From positions 1 to 64,000 of the forward strand of contig JBHHXN010000011.1 of the NCBI GenBank assembly GCA_046757025.1: a DNA stretch of 64,000 nucleotides. The letters are read 5' to 3'. Of the stretch, positions 1 through 9,052 are shown piece after piece. The position numbers were made by a program, and so were the translations under genes. The notes below the pieces were generated by a model. That model had not been told where the DNA came from and did not search any database. It saw only the letters and a program-made list of their open reading frames with translations. Each line of letters opens with the position of its first letter. The stretch's first letter is position 1. This DNA comes from a bacterium. Its GTDB lineage: Bacteria; Zhuqueibacterota; Zhuqueibacteria; Oceanimicrobiales; Oceanimicrobiaceae.

Positions 1-123
1 GCACCCAAAACCGTAACGAAAACCGAATCGGAAACCAAGCCCGCACCAAAACCCAAAGCCAAACCGAAAGCAAAAGCTTCGGCAGCCGCTGAGCCCGGAG
101 CCTCCAAAACAAAAGCCAAATAA
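1..123 (+). CDS. 3' end of an upstream gene, low-complexity Lys/Pro/Ala-rich tail (partial)
   Basis: Frame 1 reads APKTVTKTESETKPAPKPKAKPKAKASAAAEPGASKTKAK to TAA at 121-123. Confidence 0.7.
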   Translation, partial: APKTVTKTESETKPAPKPKAKPKAKASAAAEPGASKTKAK

Positions 124-141
124 AATTCACGGGGTGGCGGG

Positions 142-1353
142 ATGCGAGCAAGTTCAATTTTTATTAACTTGATAGTTTGTTTTATTTTTACTGCAATCAA
201 ACAGCCATCCACCACCTTCGCGCAAACGGGCGCGTCCAACCCGCACTTGCTGGATGCCATCTCGAAATTGTCCGTTGTGGCCGTGGGCGACCTGATGCTG
301 GGCTCCTGGGTTTTGCCAAATCTCGAGCAGCACGGAGCGGCCTACCCCTTTAAATTTTCCTCACCTTATTTGCAATCCGGCGACGCTGCCATTGCCAATT
401 TGGAAGCGCCGTTTACAGAAGCAGGTGAACCGTTTGAAAAAAAGTACAATTTTAAAGTACCGCCAAAATATGCCCCCGGCGTCAAGTCCGCGGGCATTGA
501 TGTGGTAACCCTGGCAAACAACCACATCATGGATTTCGGTGAAACCGGTTTGATGACCACCCTGCAATCGTTAGATAGTGCAGGCATTTTTCACTGTGGC
601 GCCAGCGCGAATTTAGAGAGGGCGCATGAACCGGCGGTGGTTGAAGTCGCAGGCAAAACCGTTGCCTTTTTCGGCTACTCCATGACCTTCCCGAAGGAAT
701 TTTACGCGCAGCCGGACAGCAGCGGCACCGCCTATCCACAGCCGGAATTGCTGCAAGCCCATCTTAAAAAATGGGAAAAGCTGGCGGACTTTAGCGTGGT
801 TTCATTTCACTGGAGTGCGGAGAAATTAGACACCCCCAAAGACTATCAGATTTATTTTGCCCATCTGGCCATCGAAAGCGGAGCCGACCTGGTTCTCGGA
901 CATCACCCGCACATTTTGCAGGGGTTGGAAATTTACCAGAACAAATTGATCGCCTACAGCCTGGGCAATTTCGTTTTTGGCTCCTACAGCAAAAACGCCG
1001 TGGATAGCATCATTTTAAAGGTCTATCTCAGTGCGGAGGGTTTGTTGTATGCGCAATGTATCCCCATCAACGTGGATAACCGCGAAGTGGAGTTTCAGCC
1101 ACGCATTGCTGCAGACCAGCGCAAAAAAGACATCATTTCGAAATTGCAAAAGTTGAGCCTGCCGTTGAATCAGGAGCAGAACATCATCAGTGACAACGGT
1201 TTTATTTTGGGGAACTGGCAGCATTTTTATGATGACTGGTTGCTGGATACGGTTATCAGTACCTACTGGTACATTTTGGACGACCGGGGATTCTTGAATG
1301 AAGTACAATTAGAATTCGCCGAAAAATCTGAACAAAACCTTTTGATTCAATAG
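142..1353 (+). CDS. CapA/PGA_cap family metallophosphoesterase-fold protein, exported
   Basis: Motifs VGDLM, ANLEAP, LANNHIMDFG, SFHW, LGHHPHILQ, YSLGNFVF; N-terminal signal peptide. Confidence 0.9.
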   Translation: MRASSIFINLIVCFIFTAIKQPSTTFAQTGASNPHLLDAISKLSVVAVGDLMLGSWVLPNLEQHGAAYPFKFSSPYLQSGDAAIANLEAPFTEAGEPFEKKYNFKVPPKYAPGVKSAGIDVVTLANNHIMDFGETGLMTTLQSLDSAGIFHCGASANLERAHEPAVVEVAGKTVAFFGYSMTFPKEFYAQPDSSGTAYPQPELLQAHLKKWEKLADFSVVSFHWSAEKLDTPKDYQIYFAHLAIESGADLVLGHHPHILQGLEIYQNKLIAYSLGNFVFGSYSKNAVDSIILKVYLSAEGLLYAQCIPINVDNREVEFQPRIAADQRKKDIISKLQKLSLPLNQEQNIISDNGFILGNWQHFYDDWLLDTVISTYWYILDDRGFLNEVQLEFAEKSEQNLLIQ

Positions 1354-1413
1354 AATTAGCCTTACCTGCTTTTTTTCTCGTTAGTAAAAATTTCAAAAAT
1401 TGGGGATGCCATT

Positions 1414-2847
1414 ATGGAATTAAAAGTCCATGATCAGGAGATTTTACTGCATAAGCTCTGGAAAAGCGGCAAGCTTTTCGATCAGCCGATGCACACAAAG
1501 TCGGGCCAATCGGTTGAGGTCATTTTTGGTGGTATTGAAAATTTAGACAGCGGTCCGGATTTCAAAGACGCCATCATCAAGTTTTCCGGAAAGATCCAAA
1601 AAGGAGATGTGGAAATCCATTTCGATGCATCGGGTTGGTATGCACACGGCCACCACCGCGATCCCAGATACAACCGGGTGATTTTGCATTTGATTTCTAC
1701 TGCCAGAGAGGAAGAGAAATTCATTGAGCGAGAAGACGGCGTTCAGGTGCCGCAGTTGAATATCAATGTGGAGAATCAAAAAGCAAAATTGTGGAAATCG
1801 AATCCATCAATGCCCGGCAAGCAAAAAACCTCGTCCCTGGTCGTGGCTGAATGCTCATTGCGACGGTGTGAAACATCGAAAATTCTGGCTACCATTCAAT
1901 CGGCCGGTATGCGCCGCTTCAGCGAAAAAGTGGCACAAATAAAGGAAGACCTGATCAGCCACTCATGGGATCAGTTGCTCTACAAGAAAATTTTTGAAGC
2001 GCTTGGATATTCTAAAAACCAGATACCCTTCAGGAAATTAGCGGATACCGTTACGTATGATTTGCTGTGCAGTGAAATGCAGCGGGTTTCACCAGATTTG
2101 TTTCAGCAAAAATGCACGGCTTTGCTTTTCGGGGCGGCTGGATTGCTGCCCTCCAATCAGCAAATTGCCACGGAAATAAGTGACTCCGAGACGTTGAGCT
2201 ATGTCGCGCCGTTAAGAATACTGTGGGACCAGCTATCACATCGATTGGAAATCAAACCGATGAAATTTCACGAGTGGCAATTTTTCCGATTGCGACCGCA
2301 GAATTTTCCTACCCGACGCATGGCAGGCATGGTGCAGCTTTTGACCCGAACCGGCTGGCAGGGGTTTCTACAAGGATTTCTGAATGTTGTTCGCGGCAAT
2401 GCCAGCCATTTTGAAAGAATTATTTCAGAGCTGGAAACCATGTTGACCGCACAATCGGAAGGATTCTGGTCGAATCATTACCGATTTGAGCACGCATCCC
2501 AAAGCACCGCCTCCTTGAAAAACAAGGCTTTGATAGGTAAGGATCGCGCCCGGGATATCGTCATCAACATCGTTATCCCGTCATTATATCTTTACGCGTG
2601 CGAAGCCAATGATGGCGTATTAGTCAACTTGCTGCAGGAAATCTCTCAAAGATATCCACTCGCGGCTGACAACGCCGTCGTGAGGACCATGAAAATACAG
2701 TTATTTGGAACGCCTTCCAAAAGGACGAAAGTCATGACTTCCGCTGTGCAACAACAAGGGTTGCTCTATTTAAACAAAAGGTATTGTAAAAAATTAAATT
2801 GTGTGGAATGTCTCGAGCTGATCGAAAAAGGTGAAACCGGGCGTTAA
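1414..2847 (+). CDS. DUF2851 family protein
   Basis: GPDF...GDVEIH...W..HGH..DP.YN.VILH, LGYSKN, RLRPQNFPTRR, QGL and C-terminal CxxxxCxxC. Confidence 0.85.
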   Translation: MELKVHDQEILLHKLWKSGKLFDQPMHTKSGQSVEVIFGGIENLDSGPDFKDAIIKFSGKIQKGDVEIHFDASGWYAHGHHRDPRYNRVILHLISTAREEEKFIEREDGVQVPQLNINVENQKAKLWKSNPSMPGKQKTSSLVVAECSLRRCETSKILATIQSAGMRRFSEKVAQIKEDLISHSWDQLLYKKIFEALGYSKNQIPFRKLADTVTYDLLCSEMQRVSPDLFQQKCTALLFGAAGLLPSNQQIATEISDSETLSYVAPLRILWDQLSHRLEIKPMKFHEWQFFRLRPQNFPTRRMAGMVQLLTRTGWQGFLQGFLNVVRGNASHFERIISELETMLTAQSEGFWSNHYRFEHASQSTASLKNKALIGKDRARDIVINIVIPSLYLYACEANDGVLVNLLQEISQRYPLAADNAVVRTMKIQLFGTPSKRTKVMTSAVQQQGLLYLNKRYCKKLNCVECLELIEKGETGR

Positions 2848-3047
2848 TATTCTTTCATTTTTCCGTTGGGTTCTAAAATGCCCTGCAAAACGATGCGATA
2901 TTCCCCCGTGTCTTTGTTGATGCACTCCAGAATCGCTTTGCACTGGGAGGAGCTGGCCAACATGGCCATTAAATGTTTCTTTAAGGTTTGTCCTGATATT
3001 TTAGTGGTGTTGATATTTTCCAAATCCTGGACGTTGACTTTGTGCAT
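2844..3047 (-). CDS. small hypothetical protein (~67 aa, MHKVNVQDL...)
   Basis: ORF 2844-3164; ATG at 3047 preceded by AGGAG is the more plausible start. Confidence 0.6.
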   Translation of the reverse strand: MHKVNVQDLENINTTKISGQTLKKHLMAMLASSSQCKAILECINKDTGEYRIVLQGILEPNGKMKEY

Positions 3048-3189
3048 TCTTTGTGCTCCTGATGGTTTTTGCGCGAAATACTCATACCAGACATTTCTTT
3101 GCTGAATTATATATCGGGTATTTGGCAGATACCTTGAAGTGAAATTTAGGTAAATATTTTTCATTTTCGTTCGAAATAGAAGTAGGAAT

Positions 3190-3320
3190 GACTAGTTGAA
3201 AATCTGTTTTGATTGATTATTAAAGAGTTATCATGGTTTCCCGAATTTACTCCGGGATTCACCGTGAATTCAGCCTGACTCCCGCAACAAGTTCGGGAAA
3301 GGCTGTTTTTTCAACAGGCC
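3190..3320. mobile_element. degenerate MITE-like element containing a REP-like palindrome
   Basis: Ends GACTAGTTGAAAA / TTTTTCAACAGGCC; internal TTTCCCGAATTT...AAGTTCGGGAAA inverted repeat. Confidence 0.4.
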
Positions 3321-3573
3321 ATTAATATTAGAATATATTCTCTGCGTTTTTACGACGACTTTACAACCGGATTAATGAAACGCCTTCAAGCTTGTCGTCA
3401 ACGGATGCCTTGCGTGAAATTGTGCAGGTTGACCTGCACAGACGAAACTTGCGCTATTTGATTTATGCGGTTTGAAAATAAATTTTTTGAAATAAAAAAA
3501 AGACTTGACTTTTTCAATTTAATCTGTAATTTAGGGTTGTGTTTTAAATATCTCCTTCCCTGATATCAAAGAA

Positions 3574-4005
3574 ATGACAATGCGAAGACTAAATGTAATT
3601 TTTCAGCTTGGTTTGTGCCTTTTTGTGTGTGCGAACTTAGTGCTGGCGGGAACGATAATCGTCAAATTTGACGGTCAGCCCGGTTTCAATCAGGTGACCT
3701 TGAAATGGACGACGCAGAACGAAATTAATTTAAAGGGATTTGAAATTCAGAGAAGTTTTGACACGTCCGCAAAAAAGAAATTCACGAAAGTCGATTTTAT
3801 TCAGGCAAGTGACGTCCCCAAATCGAAAAAAGAGTACACGTACGAAGACAAATCGGTATTCAAACAGTTAGAGCGAACTTTTTACTATCGGTTAAAAATC
3901 GTCGATAAAGATGATTCTTTTGTTTATTCCAAAGTCATTTCCGTGACCCCGACAATTTCGAGTGCTCGTCAAACCTGGGGCAGTATTAAAGCCATGTTTC
4001 GGTAG
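3574..4005 (+). CDS. secreted Ig-like domain protein ending in TWGSIKAMFR
   Basis: Signal peptide; pattern VxLxWxTxxExNxxGFEIQRS...YxYxD...YYRLKxxDxD..YS. Confidence 0.8.
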   Translation: MTMRRLNVIFQLGLCLFVCANLVLAGTIIVKFDGQPGFNQVTLKWTTQNEINLKGFEIQRSFDTSAKKKFTKVDFIQASDVPKSKKEYTYEDKSVFKQLERTFYYRLKIVDKDDSFVYSKVISVTPTISSARQTWGSIKAMFR

Positions 4006-4035
4006 AATACGGGAGATTTTTTCTTCGATTCATAG

Positions 4036-4067
4036 AGGGCAGCGGCTCGGAGGAACGCTGCCTTTTT
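4036..4067. terminator. intrinsic terminator between convergent genes
   Basis: GGCAGCG/CGCTGCC stem followed by T-run. Confidence 0.65.
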
Positions 4068-4390
4068 CATTTTCTTCCCACCTGCGAGACCAATTTGAAT
4101 TCATTGTTTTTGACTTTTTCAATCACCACTTTTGTGCCCCAGTGCAATTTAAACAGGTCGCGAAATGGGGTGGTTTTGATGCGATAATGACTGTGCGGCT
4201 TTTTGGGCCCCTGACACCAGCATTCCACGGCTTCCACAAAAATATCAAATTTTTTATTTGCGACTGACAATTTAAAGGGTTTTCCCACTTTTGGGAAAAA
4301 GTCCAATTCTTTTTTTTGTATCATAATAAAATTACCACTTGCTTCTTCAGCGGATAGCTTCCTTTTAAATATTGCCTTTGCATCTGCCAT
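4067..4390 (-). CDS. small basic hypothetical protein with CxC-x6-HxH motif
   Basis: 107-aa ORF with AGGAG RBS and its own promoter. Confidence 0.75.
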   Translation of the reverse strand: MADAKAIFKRKLSAEEASGNFIMIQKKELDFFPKVGKPFKLSVANKKFDIFVEAVECWCQGPKKPHSHYRIKTTPFRDLFKLHWGTKVVIEKVKNNEFKLVSQVGRK

Positions 4391-4423
4391 GAGTCTCGCT
4401 CCTTTCTAATTTTGCTTTGGTAT

Positions 4424-4452
4424 ATAATACTAAATGTCGTGTGAAATGTCAA
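4424..4452 (-). promoter_or_regulatory. sigma70-type promoter
   Basis: TTGACA-17 nt-TATTAT on minus strand. Confidence 0.65.
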
Positions 4453-4720
4453 ATAAATCCTGACTGGATTTTGAATTCAAAACAAGAAATGCTGTTCTGA
4501 CAAAAAATAGAGCAACAGAGGGAAAGCGATGAATAAATTACCGGAAATTTGAGGAATATTAAATGGATTCAATTGTATAAAATACGACGTGACAAGGCAA
4601 GTTTTGCATGCAAGAAATCATGCGTCGGTATTTCCTAAATTAATAAATTGCACGGCGACCGGGAAATATCGGCGCTTTTTTTTGAATTGGGGGTGGGTTG
4701 TTTTTGCGGCGCGAGTGAGC

Positions 4721-5347
4721 TTATTTTAATATTTTGAATATTCGTTGTTCAACTTCTTCCATTGTGCCCTGGCCAGAAACCTTGCGCACCAGTCCCTTGC
4801 TTTCATAATAAGGAATAATCGGTTTGGTTTCGAAATGATATTTTTCCAGTCGATTTTTCACCGTTTTCTCGCAGTCGTCAGACCTCTGCACCAATCTGGA
4901 CAGAATTTCCGGAGGGGGAGGATTAAATTTTATATTATAAATTATGCCGGTTTCGGGGTCAATTCGGCGAGAGGTGTTGCGCATCAGGATGTCTTCATCG
5001 GGAACGTCGATATGCAGCACGTGATCGATTTGTACGTTGGATTTTGCCAAAGCTTTATTGAGGGCTTCCGCTTGCGGCCGTGTCCGTGGGAATCCATCCA
5101 GTAAGAATCCGTTTTCTGCATCCGGTTGTGAAATGCGTTCCATGATCATTTCAATGACCAGATTGTCCGGAACGAGCGCGCCTTTTTGCATATAATCTTG
5201 TGCCAATTTGCCCAATGGCGTAGCGTTGGCCACCGCTTCTCGCAACATATCCCCGGAGGCAATATGCGGGATGCCTAATTTTGTCATGATTCTTTTGGCT
5301 TGTGTGCCTTTACCAGCACCTGGCGGTCCGATCAAAATAATTCTCAT
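4721..5347 (-). CDS. adk: adenylate kinase
   Basis: GPPGAGKGTQ, GDMLR, LLDGFPRT, QRSDD; lid lacks zinc cysteines. Confidence 0.97.
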   Translation of the reverse strand: MRIILIGPPGAGKGTQAKRIMTKLGIPHIASGDMLREAVANATPLGKLAQDYMQKGALVPDNLVIEMIMERISQPDAENGFLLDGFPRTRPQAEALNKALAKSNVQIDHVLHIDVPDEDILMRNTSRRIDPETGIIYNIKFNPPPPEILSRLVQRSDDCEKTVKNRLEKYHFETKPIIPYYESKGLVRKVSGQGTMEEVEQRIFKILK

Positions 5348-5483
5348 CGCGATTCCCTTCTTAACTTGAATTTAAATATTCACTTCTGACATTCTATTTA
5401 CGATTACCAATAAATAAAAACAAGTGTTTTTGCGTAAAATTAATAATTTGTATGAGTATTTTTTGATTGGATACCACTGAAAC

Positions 5484-5526
5484 AAAAAGGGCGTTCGTCG
5501 AATAGGATATTCGACGGCCGCCCTTT
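5484..5526 (-). terminator. terminator of tRNA-His/tRNA-Glu transcript
   Basis: AAAGGGCG..CGTCGAATA/TATTCGACG..CGCCCTTT stem with T-run on minus strand. Confidence 0.75.
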
Positions 5527-5537
5527 ACAAAATAGCT

Positions 5538-5613
5538 TGGCGTCCCCTAGGGGAGTCGAACCCCTGTTGCAGGAATGAAAGTCCTGAGTCCTAGGCCACT
5601 AGACGAAGGGGAC
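5538..5613 (-). tRNA. tRNA-Glu(TTC), CCA encoded
   Basis: Reverse complement GTCCCCTTCGTCTAG...CAGGA-CTTTCAT-TCCTG...GGTTCGACTCC...GGGGACGCCA. Confidence 0.97.
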
Positions 5614-5626
5614 TGGTCAATCTTAG

Positions 5627-5701
5627 GGTGAGCGAGGGGACTTGAACCCCCAACATCCAGATCCACAATCTGGTGCTCTAACCAGTTGAACTACGCTCAC
5701 C
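5627..5701 (-). tRNA. tRNA-His(GTG) with encoded G-1; CCA not fully encoded
   Basis: Reverse complement GGTGAGCGTAG...CCAGA-TTGTGGA-TCTGG...GGTTCAAGTCC...CGCTCACC. Confidence 0.97.
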
Positions 5702-5872
5702 AAAACAGCTTTTTAATTTAATAATTTTTTCTAAAGATGCAAGCTTTTTGTTGTGAATTGTTTTTTACGGTTCACGGTCCTAAATCACGGTCTGACGCCT
5801 ACAACTTCTCTGATCTCCTTTCTGTTTTCCGTTCCATATTATTAGGATGAAATCTACTGCTGCAGTTTAACT

Positions 5873-5995
5873 AGTGATTGACCGAAAACGCGCGTCTTCA
5901 TGCTGAGCGGAATCGAAACATGACGTAAAAACAACAGCTTATCACCCTTCGACTTCGCTCAGGGTGAAGAAATATGGACTTTTCGGTCAATCACT
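5873..5995. mobile_element. MITE family A, copy 1
   Basis: 16-bp perfect TIR AGTGATTGACCGAAAA; 4-bp TSD AACT; near-identical copy at 52205-52350. Confidence 0.9.
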
Positions 5996-6266
5996 AACTA
6001 ACCATTCTTTAGTACGTTCCATCGTCTTTGGCAGGTCCTCAAAATAGCTCTATGGTGCGGCGGGTTGCTCGTTCGTCATCCGGGAATTTTACCGGCCACA
6101 TTTTGATTTCTGCCATGATGTCACCCTCTGAAAATCATCAGTCGGTCAATATTTCAAACTGGTCTGAAAGTTCAGACGTTGTTAGAATTTTTGACAGAAA
6201 GAGTAAAAGAAATTGTTATCCGATATAAAATAAACAAAATCAATGAATAATGAGGTTGTTTCAGTA

Positions 6267-6282
6267 TGGCACGAGTTTTGAA
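6267..6282 (+). promoter_or_regulatory. putative sigma54 promoter (variant -12)
   Basis: TGGCACGAGTTTTGAA; palindrome GTCTGAAAGTTCAGAC at 6162-6177 as possible enhancer. Confidence 0.5.
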
Positions 6283-6353
6283 AAGCAGCAAAACGATTGA
6301 ACAATTTTACAGATTGAAGCAAAAGAGGTGTTAGATATGATAAGGAGGAACAC

Positions 6354-7211
6354 ATGATTAGTAAAAAACGTGATTTTTATCTTTTTCAGATATTCGGTTT
6401 CCGAGTAAGTGCCGACTGGTCGTGGCTGGTCGTCTTCGTGCTCATGAGTCTGTCGCTGGCCACAGGCTATTTCCCTTCCAACCTTGTGGGTGAGTCCGGC
6501 GTTACCTATTGGCTGATGGGAATTATTTCATCGGCGCTGCTGTTTTTGAGCGTGGTGCTGCATGAAGTCGGGCACTCGTATGTTGCTTACCAAAACGGTA
6601 TCCGTATTCTGGGGATTCGGCTGTTCATTTTTGGAGGCGTAGCTGAAATGGCCAGCGAGCCACGATCGCCAGAAGTGGAATTGAAGGTGGCGGTGGCCGG
6701 ACCGCTGGTAAGCGCTGTCCTGGCTGTATTCTTTTACCTGCTCTCCCATTCTCCGGTGGCTGTTTTGGGGGCGCCATTCTTGATGGTGACATCCTTTCTC
6801 GCACGGGTCAACCTGGCCATGGTGTTGTTCAACCTGCTGCCGGGTTTTCCACTGGATGGCGGTCGCATTCTACGGGCGTTGCTCTGGAGAATCAAAGGCA
6901 GCTACTATCGTTCGACCTTAATCGCGACTGGTGCAGGCAAAGCCGTGGCCTTCGGTTTTATGGGATTGGGCATACTCAGTTTTCTGATGGGCGGCTTTTT
7001 GAACGGCCTGTGGCTGATCTTCGTCGGCATGTTTTTGCACCAGGCTGCACAGGCGGCCCAAACCCAACTGGAGCTGCAGCGATTTGGATTTCTAAATGAC
7101 TGGCTTTTTCAGGATTACCCGGACTGGGATTTACCGATTAGGAACCACTGGAGTTTCAGAGATCCAGACCGTCGATACTGGGAAGTGATGTTTGAGGATG
7201 TCATGCGTTAG
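6354..7211 (+). CDS. site-2 protease, M50 family, no CBS domains
   Basis: HEVGH, FIFGGVA, AGP, NLLPGFPLDGG motifs; multiple TM segments. Confidence 0.93.
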   Translation: MISKKRDFYLFQIFGFRVSADWSWLVVFVLMSLSLATGYFPSNLVGESGVTYWLMGIISSALLFLSVVLHEVGHSYVAYQNGIRILGIRLFIFGGVAEMASEPRSPEVELKVAVAGPLVSAVLAVFFYLLSHSPVAVLGAPFLMVTSFLARVNLAMVLFNLLPGFPLDGGRILRALLWRIKGSYYRSTLIATGAGKAVAFGFMGLGILSFLMGGFLNGLWLIFVGMFLHQAAQAAQTQLELQRFGFLNDWLFQDYPDWDLPIRNHWSFRDPDRRYWEVMFEDVMR

Positions 7212-7324
7212 TTAAATGGACCATTTGAATATAATTGCCAATGGTTTAAACAAAGGGGTTGAAAAGGCAAGCCACAAACCCTGTTAATGGAAAAAGTTAT
7301 GAATAAACGAAAGGAGGAATCATC

Positions 7325-8848
7325 ATGAAAAGACTGAACAAAATACAGGTAATCGTTCTGTTACTGGTAGGTATGTTTATTGGCGGACTGGCTGTGAAGC
7401 AGTTGGATTGGCTGCCAGATTCGCACGCGGAATGGATTTCCGAATCGTCCAGTTCGAGCGGGTTGAATTCATCCCCTAGGCTGGATGCAGACCTGATCAA
7501 AAATATGAACAGCGCTTTTATTCAGATTGCCGAACAGGCGAACAAAAGCGTGGTAACGATTTTCACGGACAAGGTGGTGAAGACGCGCGGGGTCAAACCC
7601 TTTGCCAGTCCGTTTTCTGACGACCCGTTTCGCGACTTCTTTGGGGACGATTTCTTCAGCCGCTTTTTCAGGCCGCGCGTTCCCGAGGGGGAACAGCATT
7701 TGCGCGGCATGGGTTCGGGCGTGATCGTCAGTACCGACGGCTACATTCTGACCAACAACCATGTGGTGAAAGATGCGGACAAAGTGCGGGTGATGTTTCT
7801 GGGCGGCAAAAAAGTGGACGCCAAAATCATCGGAACAGACGCTAAAACGGATATCGCTGTACTCAAAGTGGATGAAAAGAATCTCACTCCCCTGGAATTG
7901 GGCGATTCCGACCAGCTAAAAGTTGGCGAGTGGGTGGTGGCAGTGGGCAGTCCCTTGAGTGAAAACCTCGCTCACACCGTGACCGCTGGCATTGTGAGCG
8001 CCAAAGGTCGCTCCAACCTGCAGCTTGCTGATTACGAAGATTTCATTCAGACCGATGCCGCCATCAATCCCGGCAATTCCGGTGGTGCGCTCATCAACCT
8101 GGAAGGAAAATTGGTGGGCATCAACACGGCCATTGCCACGCAATCCGGAGGTTTCCAGGGCATTGGTTTTGCCGTTCCCATTAACATGGCGCGTGCGGTC
8201 ATGGACGCGCTCATCACCAGCGGCAAGGTAGTACGCGGATGGCTAGGGGTTTACATTCAGGATGTGGACGATGCCATGGCCGAAGCCATGGGTTTGCCCG
8301 CAACCGGCGGCGCCCTGATTTCTGATGTGGTAAAAGACGGTCCCGGGGCGAAAGCCGGCCTGCAGGCCGGAGACGTCGTCGTCAAGCTGGATGACACAGA
8401 AGTCAAGAGCAGTACGCACCTGCGCAACGAGATCGCCAGACGCACACCCGCCAGCAAAGTTGAACTGCTCATCAACCGACGCGGCAAGGAGAAAACCGTT
8501 ACGGTTAAGCTGGGCGAATTGCCCGAACAAGCCCCAGCCACTGAAGTCAAGCAGGGCATAATCGAAAAGTTAGGCTTCAGCGTGCGAGCGCTCGACGACC
8601 AAAGGGCCCAGCGTTTCGGTTTTAATCCCGACGAGCAGGGCGTGGTGATCACCGAAATCCGCTCCGGCAGCGCAGCTTTCCGAGCTGGCCTCAGACAGGG
8701 GGATTTGATCAAAGAAATCAACCGAAAACCCGTGACTTCCGTTCGCCAGTTCAGCGAAATCGTGGCGAAACTAAACAGCGGTGAGAAAGTTTTGATTTAC
8801 GTAAAACGGGGATCCAACAGCTTCTTTGTGGCGTTTGAAGTGCAGTAG
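7325..8848 (+). CDS. degP: DegP/DegQ (HtrA) serine endoprotease with two PDZ domains
   Basis: TNNHV, DIAV, DAAINPGNSGG, RGWLGV and two PDZ repeats. Confidence 0.93.
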   Translation: MKRLNKIQVIVLLLVGMFIGGLAVKQLDWLPDSHAEWISESSSSSGLNSSPRLDADLIKNMNSAFIQIAEQANKSVVTIFTDKVVKTRGVKPFASPFSDDPFRDFFGDDFFSRFFRPRVPEGEQHLRGMGSGVIVSTDGYILTNNHVVKDADKVRVMFLGGKKVDAKIIGTDAKTDIAVLKVDEKNLTPLELGDSDQLKVGEWVVAVGSPLSENLAHTVTAGIVSAKGRSNLQLADYEDFIQTDAAINPGNSGGALINLEGKLVGINTAIATQSGGFQGIGFAVPINMARAVMDALITSGKVVRGWLGVYIQDVDDAMAEAMGLPATGGALISDVVKDGPGAKAGLQAGDVVVKLDDTEVKSSTHLRNEIARRTPASKVELLINRRGKEKTVTVKLGELPEQAPATEVKQGIIEKLGFSVRALDDQRAQRFGFNPDEQGVVITEIRSGSAAFRAGLRQGDLIKEINRKPVTSVRQFSEIVAKLNSGEKVLIYVKRGSNSFFVAFEVQ

Positions 8849-9052
8849 CCCCATGTTCTGAATTCGGGGCCGGGCACGAGGTGCTTGCCCTTCACCACCA
8901 ACGGCGTCGAGGCATGAGTGGATTCTGAGACAAAACCCTTCGACTCCGTTTGGGGTTCGGGATCAGGAAATGACTTCTTTTCAAATTGTTGCCCGCCCCG
9001 GTCTTTAATTTTCTTCCAAATGATCTGACGCAATTTTAAGGGAGGTACAGAA

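Noticed and set aside
142..1353. Poly-gamma-glutamate capsule locus
   Set aside because: No capB/capC nearby; stand-alone CapA homologs are common
6041..6116. 25-aa minus-strand ORF (MAEIKMWPVKFPDD...) with RBS-like GAGGG
   Set aside because: Too short, no recognisable motif; may be a remnant
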